Below are positions 24,738 to 36,744 of a stretch of 64,000 bases of DNA, piece by piece. The translations under genes were made by a program, and so were the position numbers. Numbering within the stretch: the stretch's first letter is position 1; the number at the start of each line of letters is the position of its first letter. The stretch is from NCBI RefSeq assembly GCF_963921235.1, contig NC_086108.1, positions 682,001 through 746,000 on the forward strand, read 5' to 3'. Origin of the DNA: Mobula hypostoma. Taxonomy: Eukaryota. A model generated the notes under the pieces. That model was not told where the DNA came from. It saw nothing but the letters and a program-made list of their open reading frames with translations, and ran no database searches.

Positions 24738-25275
24738 TTTTTAAAAATGTAACCTTCTAACAATTATTGCGGTTAAGAATTCTTCTTCTTCATGTGCCTT
24801 GCGCATTACATGTTTGGGCGATCGTGGCTCTCCACATCAAACGATCCCTCGTAGCCTCAATGATATCTTGCACACTTAGATCTGTTAATTCTTTCACAGT
24901 GTCCACGTTTTCTTCTTTGCCTTCCTCTTCCGCGTTTCCCAGGCATACGGCCTTGTAAGGCATTCTATTTCTCCCTTTCTGATGACATGGCCCAGGAATT
25001 TAAGTTTCCTCTCATTTAATGTTCTCATTAAAGATCTTTTTGTATGGGCACATTGGAATACCGACTCATTAGTTACCCTATCTCTATATGATATTTTCAG
25101 CATTCTTCTAAGAAACCACACTTCTGTTGCTTCTAAGTTTCTTTGGAGTTCTGGTGTTATAGTCCATGTTTCGGAAGCATACAGCAAGATTGACCAGATG
25201 TAACATTTTAGTAGCCTAAGCCTTGTTGTTATAGAAATGTGTCTGTTGGTAAAAATGAGTTTCATTTTTTTGGAA

Positions 25276-25990
25276 CAACACACACAAAGTGCTGGTGGAA
25301 TGCAGCAGGCCAGGCAGCATCTATAGGAAGAAGTTGACATTTCGGGTCGAGCCCCTTCGTCAGGACTAATGGAAAAAAGAGATAGTAAGAGATTTGAGAG
25401 GAGGAGGGGGAGACGTGAAATGATAGGAGAAGACAGGAGGGGGAGGGTTGAAGCTAAGAGCTGGGAAGTTGATTGGCAAAAGGGATACAAGGCTGGAGAA
25501 GGGGGAGTATCATAGGACAGAAGCCCTTGGAAGAAAGGAAGGGGGAGGGGAGCACCAGAGGAAGATGGAGAACAGGCAAGGAGTATTGTGAGAGGGAAAG
25601 AGGGAAAAAAAAACTTAAAAATTAGGGATGTGGTAAGAAGGGGAGGAGGGGCATTAATGGAAGTTAGAGAAATCAGTGTTCATGCCAACAGGTTGGAGGC
25701 TACCCAGACAGAACATAAGGTGGTGTTCCTCCAATCTGAGTGTGGTTTCATCTTGACCGTAGTGGAGGCCGTGGATTGACATATCGGAATAGGAATGAGA
25801 TATGGAATTAAAATGTGTGGCCACTGGGAGATCCTGCTTCCTCTGGCGGACAGAGTGTAGGTGTTTAGCAAAGCGGTCTCCCAATCAGCCTTGGGCCTCA
25901 CCAATATATAGATGGCCACACTGGGAGCACCGGATACAGTATATCACACCAGCAGTCTCACAGGTGAAGTGTCTCCTCACCTGGAAGGAT
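25276..25990 (-). mobile_element. Penelope-like element 3' part (GIY-YIG endonuclease, UTR, hammerhead terminus)
   Basis: HFTCETAGVIYCIRCSQCGHLYIGE...RFAKHL...VATHFN...RLEEHHLMFCLGSLQPVGMN; TSD TTTTTTGGAA at 25266-25275 and 25992-26001. Confidence 0.88.
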
Positions 25991-26650
25991 ATTTTTTGGA
26001 AGTTGGTTTTGACAATGGCAATTTTTCTTTTTATTTCTACTTCTAGCATCTCGTGATATAAAGCTACTAAGGTAATTAAAGCAAACACGAGGAATTCTGC
26101 AGATGCTGGAAATTCAAACAACTTTGATGTGTATTGAAAGTAATTAAACCTGGTCTTTTGTTCAGTCTCTTGGGTACCAATGTACAATTGGCAGTTGGGA
26201 GTACCCTGCTGTTTTGATATTACCAGACATTTGGTTTTTTTTACAGTTGATGGTTCGACCAAAATCTGCACTTGTTTGTACTACTTTGTCTTGGAGGATT
26301 TGTAGGTCTTCTGCAGCACTTGCTATTTGGGTGGTATTGTCTGCATATCTTATATTGTTGATGTTAGCACCTCCAATTTTTATCCCATCTAGGTCTTCTA
26401 TTTCTCTGAGAATTATTTCACTATAGATATTAAATAATTCTGGTGAGGCAACGCATCCCTGTCTAACTCTTCTTTGAATCTTAGTCCGACTGCTTATATT
26501 ATCAGCAATTTTTACCACCGCCGTTTGATTCCAATATAAATTTTGAAGCGGTTGTTGGTCCCTTCTGTCAATGTTTAGTGAGAATTTGAAATAATTTTTC
26601 GTGTTGCATTTTGTCGAATGCTTTAGTGAAATCAATAAAACATTAAAAGA

Positions 26651-27252
26651 TGCAAACACGAGGAAATCTGCAGATGCTGGAAATTCAAACAACACACACA
26701 AAAAATGCTGGTGAACGCAGCAGACCAGGCAGCATCTATAGGAAGAGGTACAGTCGATGTTTCGGACCGAGACCCTTTGTCAGGACTAACTGAAAGGAGA
26801 GATAGTAAGAGATTTGAGAGGGGGAGGGGGAGATCCGAAATGATAGGAGAAGACAGGAGGGGGAGGGATTGAGCTAAGAGCTGGAAAGTTGATTGGCAAA
26901 AGGGATACAAGGCTGGAGAAGGGAGAAGGTCATGGGACGGGAGGCCTGGGGAGAAAGGAAGGGGGGGGAAGCCCAGAGGATGGGCAAGGAGTTATAGTGA
27001 GAGGAACAGAGGGAGAAAAAAGAGAGAAAAAAGGGAAAAGAAAATAATAATAATAAATAAATAAGGGATAGGGTACGAAGGGGAGGTGGGGCATTAACGG
27101 AAGTTAGAGAAGTCAGTGTTCATGCCATCAGGCTGGAGGCTACCCAGACGGAGTATAAGATGTTGTTCCTCCAACTCGAGTGTGGCTTCATCTTGACGGT
27201 AGAGGAGGTCGTGGATAGACATACCAGAATGGGAATGGGATGTGGAATTAAA
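26651..27252 (-). mobile_element. Penelope-like element 3' part, same family
   Basis: Colinear with 43457-44040; includes end of the GIY-YIG ORF and hammerhead motif 26752-26787. Confidence 0.85.
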
Positions 27253-28149
27253 CATAAAATGACATCATTTTGATATTCAATTGCCCTTTCTGAAAGCATT
27301 CATAGTATGAAAATTGTGTTCCTAGTTCCTCTATCCTCAATAAACCCATATTGCAGTTTGGAAGTGTCTAGTCTTAACTTGTTTTTAATTCGACTCAGAA
27401 CAATTCTCAACAAAACTTATGTGACTCATAAGACAGATTGTTCTATAATTTTGGCAGTCAATAGTTCCAGGAATTTTTGGCAGAGTTATAAATACTGATT
27501 TCAAGAGATCGTTAGGCAATATACCAGACTCATATATGCCATTAAACAGTTCAAAAAGAATATCTATGCCCAGATCTTCATTTCCACCGAAATTTCATCA
27601 GGCCCAGTGGCTTTACCATGTTTAGTGCTTTTCATTGTTTTAGTTATTTCTTCTTTGGTAGTAGGTGGGCCAGAATTAGGGTGTTTAATATCTGGGAGTT
27701 TCCCTCTATTATCTTTAAAAAGCTGCTCTATATACTGAATCCACCTCTCACATACTTCATCTGGATCTGTTAGTATGGATCTGTCTGCTGATCTTATGCA
27801 TCCTATAGAGGAGGTTTTCTTAATTCCAGTAATTTCTTTAATTTTCTTGTGCATTTCTTTGCTATATAATCGCTATTGGCATTTCCTGATATTTAGTGAG
27901 GACCAACCACCCCAGACACCCTGCGGTTAAGAATAACAGATCAGAAACATCTTTTTTTAATCATTTGGTTTGCATGTAATGAAGCACAAGTACAATTTAC
28001 TCACAATTCCTCTTGGAACCTCTTCTAATAGCTTTTTGATTAAAATCTCAACGTCTTGCAAACTTAACTCAAGTATACTGAATTCATCACTGAATTGTTC
28101 CCATAACCTTGGACTCACTTTCAAGGACTCTTCATCTCATGTTCTGAAT

Positions 28150-28689
28150 ATTTCTTATTCATTCTTGTTGCCTCTGCTCCATCATGGATATTATCTGGCA
28201 GGATCATGTCTCCAACAACGAGGTCCTGGAGAAGGTTCAACTTCCAAGCATTGAAGCCATTTTGTTGCTCAAGCAGCTCCACTGCCCAGGCCGCGCGTCT
28301 CACATGGACAACTCCAAGTTACCGAAAGCAGCACTGTATGGAGAACACTCTTGGGGCACAAGAAATCAACTTAAGTAGCAGCTCTCTATGGCAAATATCA
28401 AAGTCAACGAGTGGCAGCAGCTGGCTTGTAACAGACCGTGGGAGAACGCTGATCCACGGAGCAACCAAATATTTTGAGGAATTCAGATGGGCGATTGCTG
28501 AAGAGGAGAGGATCCTAATACCCAAGCACCCTCATCCCAGCTGTTCCCATGTCCCTCCTGCTCCAGAGTCTGCAGATCCAGAATTGGCCTCTACAGTCAC
28601 CAACAATTATGCTGTCGCTCCTGAGGACTCTTCCCTCCTGATCTTGGCAAGCGAAAAAACCAGCCATCATCATCATCATCATCATCATC
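28150..28689 (+). mobile_element. RTE (BovB-like) LINE 3' fragment, second family
   Basis: IIWQDHVSNNEVLEK...LPKAALYGE; C-terminal CSRVCRSRIGLYSHQ; (CAT)n tail 28664-28689. Confidence 0.8.
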
Positions 28690-28719
28690 TTCAGTCTTGC
28701 TTATTTATTCTTTGCCGCA

Positions 28720-29020
28720 GGTAGCTGAGCTGCGGAAGCCAAGTCTTCATGTATATTCAAGGCAGAGGTTGATAGATTCTTGATTGGTCAGGGCATGAAG
28801 GGATATATGGCAGGAGAAAGCAGGAGATTGAGAACTGACAGGAAAATTGGATCAGCCATGATGAAACGGTGGAACAGACTTGATGGGTTGGTCAGGGTGT
28901 GAGAGGATATGGGGAGAAGGCAGGAGATTAGGAGTCAGAGGGAAATTGGATCAGTCATGATGAAATGACAGAACAGACTTGGGTCAAATGGCTCAATTCT
29001 GCTCCTATATCTCATGGTTT
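28720..29020 (+). mobile_element. CR1 3' end with an internal tandem duplication of about 100 bp
   Basis: ttggtcaggg...ggatcagYcatgatgaaa...gaacagactt occurs twice (about 28783-28885, 28889-28985). Confidence 0.75.
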
Positions 29021-29504
29021 TCTTCTTATTATTATTATTATTGCATTTATTGTATTCATCACATTGGTTTGGCTGACCTGTTGGTGTGGTCCTTCATTGA
29101 TTGTTTATTGGATTTACTGTGTATACCTGCAAGAAAATGAACCTCGGGGTCATACATGTATATGTGTACTTTGATTCACCACCCTCTGGCTAAAGACATT
29201 CCTCTTCATTTCCATTCTTCTATTCTGAGACTGTGACTTTTGGTCCTAGACTCCCCACTATAGGAAATATCCTCTCCATCTCTCCTGTATCTAGGCCTTT
29301 CAGTATTCAATAGGTTTAAATAAGATTCCACCTCCAGTGAGTACAGGCCCAGAGTTTGCATCCTTAGGGTGCATTGAATCCACACATTTAGATTCAAGTG
29401 AGAGTGTTATCAACTGTGTAAGAGTGTTAAGATTCAAGTGTGATAACAAAGTTTACTCGGCTTTCAAAACACTGCCCAACAGGACTTCAATATGTGAGAT
29501 GAGA

Positions 29505-31182
29505 AATCAGAATCAGGTTTATTATCACTGGCATGTGATGTCAAATCTGTTAACTTAGCAGCAGCAGTTCCATGCAATACATAATCTAGCAGAGAGAGAA
29601 AAAAATTATAGTAATAAAATAAAACATAATAAATAAACAAGTAAATCAATTACATATATTGAATAGATTTTTTAAAATGTGCAAAAACAGAAATACTGTA
29701 TATATTTTTTAAAAAAGTGAGGTAGTGTCCAAAGCTTCAATTTCCATTTAGGAATCAGATGGCAGAGGGGAAGAAGTTGTTCCTGAATCACTGAGTGTGT
29801 GTTGTCAGGCTTCTGTACCTCCTACCTGATGGTAACAGTGAGGAAAGGACATGTCCTGGGTGCTGGAGGTCCTTAATAATGGACTCTGGCTTTCTGAGAC
29901 ACCGCTCCCTAAGGATATCCTGGGTACTTTGTAGGCTAGTGCCCAAGATGGAGCTGACTAGATTTACAACCTTCTGCAGCTTCTTTTGGTCCTGTGCAGT
30001 AGCCCCTCCATACCAGACAGTGATGCAGCCTGTCAGAATGCTCTCCACAGTACAACTACAGAAGTTTTTGAGTGTATTTGCCAAATCTCTTCAAACTCCT
30101 AATAAAGTATAGCTGCTGTCTTGCCTTCTTTATAATTACATTGATATGTTGGGACCAAGTTAGATCCTCAGAGATCATGACACTGAGAAACTTGAAGTTG
30201 CTCACTCTCTCCATTTCTGTTCCCTCCTGAGGATTGGTATGTGCTCCTTCACCTTACCCTTCCCGAAGTCCACAATCAGCTCTTTCGTCTTACTGACATT
30301 GAGCTCCAGGTTGTTGCTGCGGTACCATTCCACCTAGCAGGCTGGGGCGGGGTTCTGAGTTGAATGATCAGCCATGATCATAATAAATGGCGGTGCAGGC
30401 TCGAAGGGCTGAATGGCCTACTCCTGCACCTATTTTCTATGTTTCTATATGTTTCTATATCTCACTCCTGTACGCCTTCTTGTCACCACCTGAGATTCTA
30501 CCAACAATGGTTATATCCTCAACAAATTTTTAGATGGTATTTGAGCTATGCCTAGCCACACACTCATGTGTATACAGAGAGTAGAGCAGTGGGCTAAGCA
30601 CACACCCCTGCGGTGCGCCACTGTTGATCATCAGCGAGGAGGATATGTTATCACCAATCCACACAGACTGTGGTCTTCTGGTTAGGAAGTCGAGGATCCA
30701 TTTGCAGAGGGAGGTACAGAGGCCCAGGTTCTGCAACTTCTCAATCAGACTTGTGGGAATGACGGTATTAAATGCTGAGCTACAGTTGATGAACAGAATC
30801 CGGATGTAGGTGTTTGTGTTGTCTAGATGGTCTAAAGCCGTGTGGAGAGCCATTGAGATTGTGTCTGCCGTTGACCTATTGTGACAATAGGCAAATTGCA
30901 ATGGGTCCAGGTCCTTGCTGAGGCAGGAGTTCAGTCTAGTCATGACCAACTTCTCAAAGCATTTCATCACTGTCGATGTCAGTGCTACTGGGCGATAGTC
31001 ATTAAGGCAGCCTACGTTATTCTTCTTAGGCACTGGTATAATTGTTGCCTTTTTGAAGCAAGTGGGAACTTCTTCCCGTAGCAGTGAGAGGGTGAAGATG
31101 TCCTTGAATACTCCCACTAGTTGGTTGGCACGGGTTTTCAGAGCCTTACCAGGTACCCCATTAGGACCTTCTGCCTTGCAGT
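29505..31182 (-). mobile_element. Rex1/Babar LINE, 5'-truncated (RT domain and C-terminus), with a short + strand CR1 tail at about 30335-30455
   Basis: ORF 30530-31195 ([43 protein letters not shown]); ORF 29788-30084 (ESILTGCITVWYG, LLPSGRRYRSL); (CTGATT)n tail. Confidence 0.92.
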
Positions 31183-31290
31183 GGAGGTTCTTCATAGTTC
31201 TTCATTGTCTGTGGACTTTGAGTTGGGAACCCCTGCTCCAGAGGAAAATAGTAGCATGTTGGGTACTGTACACCAACATCTGATACGAAG

Positions 31291-34200
31291 ACATAAACAT
31301 GAGTTTCTGCAGATGCTGGAAATCTTGAGCAACACACATACATGGAATCTATGTATGTATCTTGGATACATACATGGAATTATGATGTAGTGGCCATTAC
31401 AGAGACTTGGCTGGCACCAGGGCAGGAATGGGTTCTCAATATTCCTGGATTTCAGTGCTTTAAAAGGGATAGAGAGGGCGGGAAAAGGGGAGGAGGGGTG
31501 GCATTACTGGTCAGGGATACTATTACAGCTACAGAAAGGGTGGGTAATGTAGCAGGATCCTCTTTTGAGTCAATATGGGTGGAAGTCAGGAACAGGAAGG
31601 GAGCAGTTACTCTACTGGGGGTATTCTGTAGGCTCCCTGGTAGCAGCAGAGATGCAGAGGAGCAGATTGGGAGGCAGATTTTGGAAAGGTGCAAAAATAA
31701 CAGGGTTGTTACCATGGGTGACTTTAACTTCCCTAATATTGATTGGCACCTGATTAGATCCAAGGGTTTAGATGGGGCAGAGTTTGTTAAGTGTGTCCAG
31801 GATGGATTCCTGTCACAGTATGTGGACAGGCCGACCAGGGGGAATGCCATACTAGATCTGGTACTAGATAATGAACCGGGTCAGGTCACAGATCTCTCAG
31901 TGGGTGAGCATCTGGGGGACAGTGACCACCGCTCCCTGGCCTTTATAATTATCATGGAAAAGGATAGAATCTAAGAGGACAGGAAAATTTTTAATTGGGG
32001 AAAGGCAAATTATGGGGCTATAAGGCTAAAGCTTGTGGGTGTGAATTGGGATGATGTTTTTGCAGGGAAATGTACTATGGACATGTGGTCGATGTTTAGA
32101 GATCTCTTGCGGGATGTAAGGGATAAATTTGTCCCGGTGAGGAGGATAAAGAATGGTAGGGTGAAGGAACCATGGGTGACAAGTGAGGTGGAAAATCTAG
32201 TCAGGTGGAAGAAGAGGTTTAGGAAGCAAGGATCAGATGGGTCTATTGAGGAATATGGGGAAGCAAGAAAGGAGCTTTAGAAGGGGCTGAGAAGAGCAAG
32301 AAGGGGGCATGAGAAGGCCTTGGCGAGTAGGGTAAAGGAAAACCCCAAGGCATTCTTCAATTATGTGAAGAACAAAAGGATGACAGGAGTGAAGGTAGGA
32401 CCGATTAGAGATATAGGAGGGAAGATGTGCCTGGAGGCTGTGGAAGTGAGCGAGGTCCTCAATGAATACTTCTCTTCGGTATTCACCACTGAGAGGGAAC
32501 TTGATAATGGTGAGGACAATATGAGTGAGGTTGATGTTCTGGAGCATGTTGATATTAAGGGAGAGGAGGTGTTGGAGTTGTTAAAATACATTAGGACAGA
32601 TAAGTCCCAGGGGCCTGACGGAATATTCCCCAGGCTGCTCCATGAGGTGGGAGAAGAGATTGCTGAGCCTCTGGCTAGGATCTTTATGTCCTCGTTGTTC
32701 ACGGGAATGGTACCGGAGGATTGGAGGGAGGCGAATGTTGTTCCCTTGTTCAAAAAAGGTAGTAGGGATAGTCTGGGTAATTATAGACCAGTGAGCCTTA
32801 CGTCTGTGGTGGGAAAGCTGTTGGAAAAGATTCTTACAGAGATTGGATCTGTAGGCATTTAGAGAATCATGGTCTGATCAGGGACAGTCAGCATGGCTTT
32901 GTGAAGGGCAGATCGTGTCTAACAAGCCTGATAGAGTTCTTTGAGGAGGTGACCAGGCATATAGTTGAGGGTAGTGCAGTGGATGTGATCTATATGGATT
33001 TTAGTAAGGCATTTGACAGGGTTCCACACGGTAGGCTTATTCAGAAAGTTAGAAGGCATGGGATCCAGGGAAGTTTGGCCAGGTGGATTCAGAATTGGCT
33101 TGCCTGCAGAAGGCAGAGGGTGGTGGTGGAGGGAGTATATTCAGATTGGAGGATTTTGACTAGTGGTGTCCCACAAGGATCTGTTCTGGGACCTCTACTT
33201 TTCGTGATTTTTATTAACGACCTGGATGTGGGGGTAGAAAGGTGGGTTGGCAAGTTTGCAGACGACACAAAGGTTGGTGGTGTTGTAGATAGTGTAGAAG
33301 ATTGTCAAGGATTGCAGAGAGACATTGATAGGATGCAGAAGTGGGCTGAGAAGTGGCAGATGGAGTTCAACCTGGAGAAGTGTGAGGTGGTACACTTTGG
33401 AAGGACAAACTCCAAGGCAGAGCACAAAGTAAATGGCAGGATACTTGGTAGTGTGGAGGAGCAGAGGGATCTCGGGGTACATGTCCACAGATCCCTGAAA
33501 GTTGCCTCACAGGTGGGTAAGGTAGTTAAGAAAGCCGATGGGTGTTAGCTTTCATAAGTCGAGGGGTAGAGTTTAAGAGTCGCGATGTAATGATGCAGCT
33601 CTATAAAACTCTGGTTAGGTCACACTTGGAGTACTGTGTCCAGTTCTGGTCACCTCACTATAGGAAGGATGTGGAAGCATTTGAAAGGGTACAGAGGAGA
33701 TTCACCAGGATGCTACCTGGTTTAGAGAGTATGCATTATGATCAGAGATTAAGGGAGCTAGGGTTTTACTCTTTGGAGAGAAGGAGGATGAGATGAGACA
33801 TGATAGAGGTGTACAAGATAATAAGAGGAATAGATAGAGTGGATAGCTAGTGCCTCTTCCTGAGGGCACCACTGCTCAATACAAGAGGACATGGCTTTAA
33901 GGTAAGGGGTGTTAAGTTCAAGGGGGATATTAGAGGAAGGTTTTTTACTCAGAGAGTGGTTGGTTTGTGGAATGTACTGCCCGAGTCAGTGGTGGAGGCA
34001 GATACACTAGTGAAGTTTAAGAGACTACTCGACGGGTATATGGAGGAATCTAAGGTGGGGGCTTATATGGCAGGCAGGGTTTGAGGGTCGGCACAACATT
34101 GTGGGCCGAAGGGCCTGTACTGTGCTGAACTATTCTATGTTCTATGTTCAAAATGCTGGAGGAGCTCAGCAGGTCAGGCATAATAAACAATTGACGTTTC

Positions 34201-34318
34201 AGGCCAAGACCCTTCATCAGGACTCGATCTCAGCCTGAAGCATTAACTGTTCATTCCCCTTCATAGATGCTGCCTGATCTGATGAGTTCCTGCATTCTCC
34301 ATCAAATTGTGTGTATTG
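31291..34318. mobile_element. Penelope-derived fold-back element (31291-31341 plus 34150-34318) split by the CR1
   Basis: tctgcagatgctggaaatcttgagcaacacacata | aaaatgctggaggagctcagcagg rejoin across the CR1; hammerhead at 34189-34224, then an inverted arm. Confidence 0.75.
31362..34149 (+). mobile_element. CR1 LINE covering most of ORF2 (AP endonuclease plus RT), with stops and frameshifts
   Basis: ORF 31342-31974 (VAITETW, MGDFNFPNIDW, ILDLVL, GDSDH), 32320-32862, 32901-33548 (KFADD), 33542-33796; (TTCTATG)n tail. Confidence 0.95.
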
Positions 34319-34524
34319 ATAGGAAGACCAAATACTCTTAAACAAAGGAGGAAACTGTAATCTAAACCTCCTTCCTCCCATAGTAGTCCTCTTGTTTTTC
34401 TATTATCCATGTGCCTGTCTGAGGTGTTAAAATGCCTGTACCACCACCCATGGCAAGGTGTTCCTCACACCCATCACTTTCTGTGTGGGGGTGGAAAAAA
34501 ACTTACCTCCGACATGTCTCCTAT

Positions 34525-35095
34525 ATCAAAGTTCAAAATAAATATTATTATCAAAGTACATTTATGTCACCATATTCATTTGCCTACAGGTATACTCAGC
34601 AAATCTATAGAATAGTAAGTATAACAGGATCAGTGAAAGAGTAACCAGAGAGCGGAAGACAGTAAACTGTGCAAATGGAAATATAAAGTCGCAATAAATA
34701 ACAAGAACATGAGATAACAAGATAAAAGGTCCTTAAAATGAGATCATTGGTGTGGGATGATCTCAGTGGATGAGCAAGTGAGTGTAGTTATCTCCTTTTG
34801 TTCAAGAGCCTGATGGTTGAGGGATAGTAACTGTTCTTGAGCCTGGTGGTGCGAGTTCAGAGGCTCGTGTACCTTCTGCCTGATGGCAGCAGTGAGAAGA
34901 GAGCATGGTCTGGGTAGCAGGGATCTTTGATGATGGATGCTGCTTTCCTGCAACAGCGTTTCATATAGATGTGCTCAATGGTTGGAAGGACTTTGCCCGT
35001 GATGTACTGGACTGAATCCACTACCTTTGGTAGGATTTTCTGTTCAAAGGCATTGGCGTCTCTATAACGAGCCATGATTCAGACAGTCAATACAC
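34525..35095 (-). mobile_element. Rex1/Babar 3' fragment (others at about 36540-37500 and 41225-41630)
   Basis: ORF 34857-35075 with RKAASIIKDPCYPDHALFSLLPSGRRY. Confidence 0.82.
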
Positions 35096-35269
35096 AGTAT
35101 ATTTTCATCCAATCACCTTAAATTTTTGTCCACTAATATTAACTATTTCTGCCATGGGGGGAAAAGTCTCTGGCTTAAGTATTCCTTTTTTATACTTTTA
35201 TATTTTCTGAATGGTTAATGCTGTATGTGGAGCTAGTTAATGAGTGTCTGTTTGTTTCCTGTCCTACAG

Positions 35270-35367
35270 CTCAGAATGTGACGGTGGAGGAGATTATTGC
35301 TGCCTACAGGAAGGCCTGTCAGAAGCTGAACTGCAAGCCGATTAACAAGCTGCTCAAACAGATCCAA
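35270..35367 (+). CDS. PPP1R37: Internal coding exon (probably exon 2) of protein phosphatase 1 regulatory subunit 37 (LRRC68)
   Basis: Acceptor tttgtttcctgtcctacag (AG 35268-35269), donor GTAAGC at 35368; 98 nt, phase 1 to 0; encodes (A)QNVTVEEIIAAYRKACQKLNCKPINKLLKQIQ, matching my recollection of vertebrate PPP1R37 AQNVTVDEVIGAYKQACQKLNCRQIPKLLRQLQ. Confidence 0.93.
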
Positions 35368-35648
35368 GTAAGCCTGAATCTTCACTGCACTCCTGGTGGG
35401 GGGAGGGGTGGATGCAGTAAGGCTACATGCAGGATTCGATCAAGTTTTATGAAGGTGAGAAAGGTCAATTGAAGATGGTACCTAAATGCAGCATGACGTT
35501 TTGTGGGTGTTGAATCTCTATGGTCAAAGTCAAAGTAAATTTATTATCAAAGTACACGTGTACAACAATATCCCACCTTGAGATTCATTTTCCTGCAGAC
35601 ATTTACAGGAAAAATGAAGAAATGCAATAGAATTTAGTTTTTTGTATA

Positions 35649-36221
35649 CACTCAGTGGCCACTTTGTTAGGTACACCTGTACACCTGCTTGCTCATGCCA
35701 ATCAGACACGATCGAGAAGTTTAGAATGGGGAAAAATGTAACCTAAATGACTTAGACTGTGAAATGGTTGTTGGTGCCAGACAGGTGGTTTCAGTATCTC
35801 AGGAACTGCTTATCTCCTGGAATTTTCACGCACAATAGTCTCTGGAGCAGGGGTTCCCAACTTTTTTTTAATGTCATGGACCTCTACCATTAACCAAGGG
35901 GTCCGGGGAACCCAGAATGGGAACTTTTGCTCTAGAGTTTACAAAGAGTGGTGGAAGAAGTGGCAGTTCTATAGGCAAGAATGCCTTGTTAATGAGAGAG
36001 GTCAGAGCAGAATTGCCAGACTGGTTCAAGCTGACAGGAAGACAACAATAGCTCAAATAACCATGTGTTTCAACAGTGGTGTGCACAAGACATCTCTGAA
36101 TGCACAACACATCAAACCGTGAAGTGAATGGGCTACAGCAGAGGAGGACCACAAGCATGCTGAAATGCACTCAGTAGCCACTTTATTAGCTGCTTCCTGC
36201 ACTAACAAAATAACCACTGAG
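35649..36221 (+). mobile_element. Tc1-type non-autonomous element with transposase N-terminal relic
   Basis: TA-CACTCAGTGGCCACTTTGTTAGG left end, ctaacaaaataaccactgag right end; relic CLVNERGQSRIARLVQADRKTTIAQIT. Confidence 0.75.
35848..35929. mobile_element. 82-bp hAT (Charlie-type) MITE nested in the Tc1 relic
   Basis: CAGGGGTTCCCAAC left end, tgggaac right end; 8-bp TSD CTCTGGAG (35840-35847) / CTCTAGAG (35930-35937), fitting the NTCTAGAN preference. Confidence 0.8.
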
Positions 36222-36744
36222 AACATGAATTGTAGAGTCTTTGAAAGTGTGTCTGTAGGTTATGGAAGCAGTTCAGAGTTGTGAGTGAAGTTATCCATGC
36301 CAGTTCTGCAGCCTGATAATTTGGCCACGTTTACCTTGGGTCATGTGTCAGCCTTTATTTCTTTAGTCAGTTTTACTGATCTTCTTTCCACTAGCTTTAA
36401 TTTATTGATGGAGGCCACTTAATTGTGGCTTGCTGATCCAGTGATGGTCATGAGTTCAAAAGCACTTAAACACACAGTGAGTGACAGATGTAGGGAACTT
36501 CCTTCCAGCAACTATTCCAAGGTCAGTTATTTCAAGAAATTCAAGAAATTTCAAGAATGTTTAACATAATTTCCAGTACACAAGTGTAAAGGAGATCAAA
36601 ATGATTTTTACTCCATATCTGATTCAGCTCAAAAAAACCCCACTATGATAAAGAGGGCAATAATAATTTTTAAAAAATAGTTTGTTTGCATTAATTATAT
36701 GTTCTTAAAGTGACGCTAGATACACGAGCATCTGTACGCAAGGT

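Larger units (their letters stand above)
24781..27921 (-). mobile_element. RTE-clade LINE, 5'-truncated, interrupted by three Penelope-like insertions
   Basis: Fragments GKATGPDEIS (27564-27854), RRVRQGCVASPELFNIYSE/NNIRYADNT (26162-26701), LLYASETWT/WFLRRMLKIS (24894-25270); (GAA)n tail; 13-bp TSD TGCGGTTAAGAAT at 24768-24780 and 27922-27934. Confidence 0.92.

Noticed and set aside
24894..26701. Apparent fusion ORFs (RTE RT joined to GIY-YIG or low-complexity peptides)
   Set aside because: They are read-throughs across Penelope insertions bounded by TSDs, not a real RT-endonuclease fusion.
28206..28724. 172-aa ORF with a poly-His tract
   Set aside because: The His run is the (CAT)n tail of an RTE fragment read in an off frame.
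35218..35472. 84-aa ORF as a single-exon gene
   Set aside because: Only 35270-35367 is coding; the rest crosses canonical splice sites into intron.
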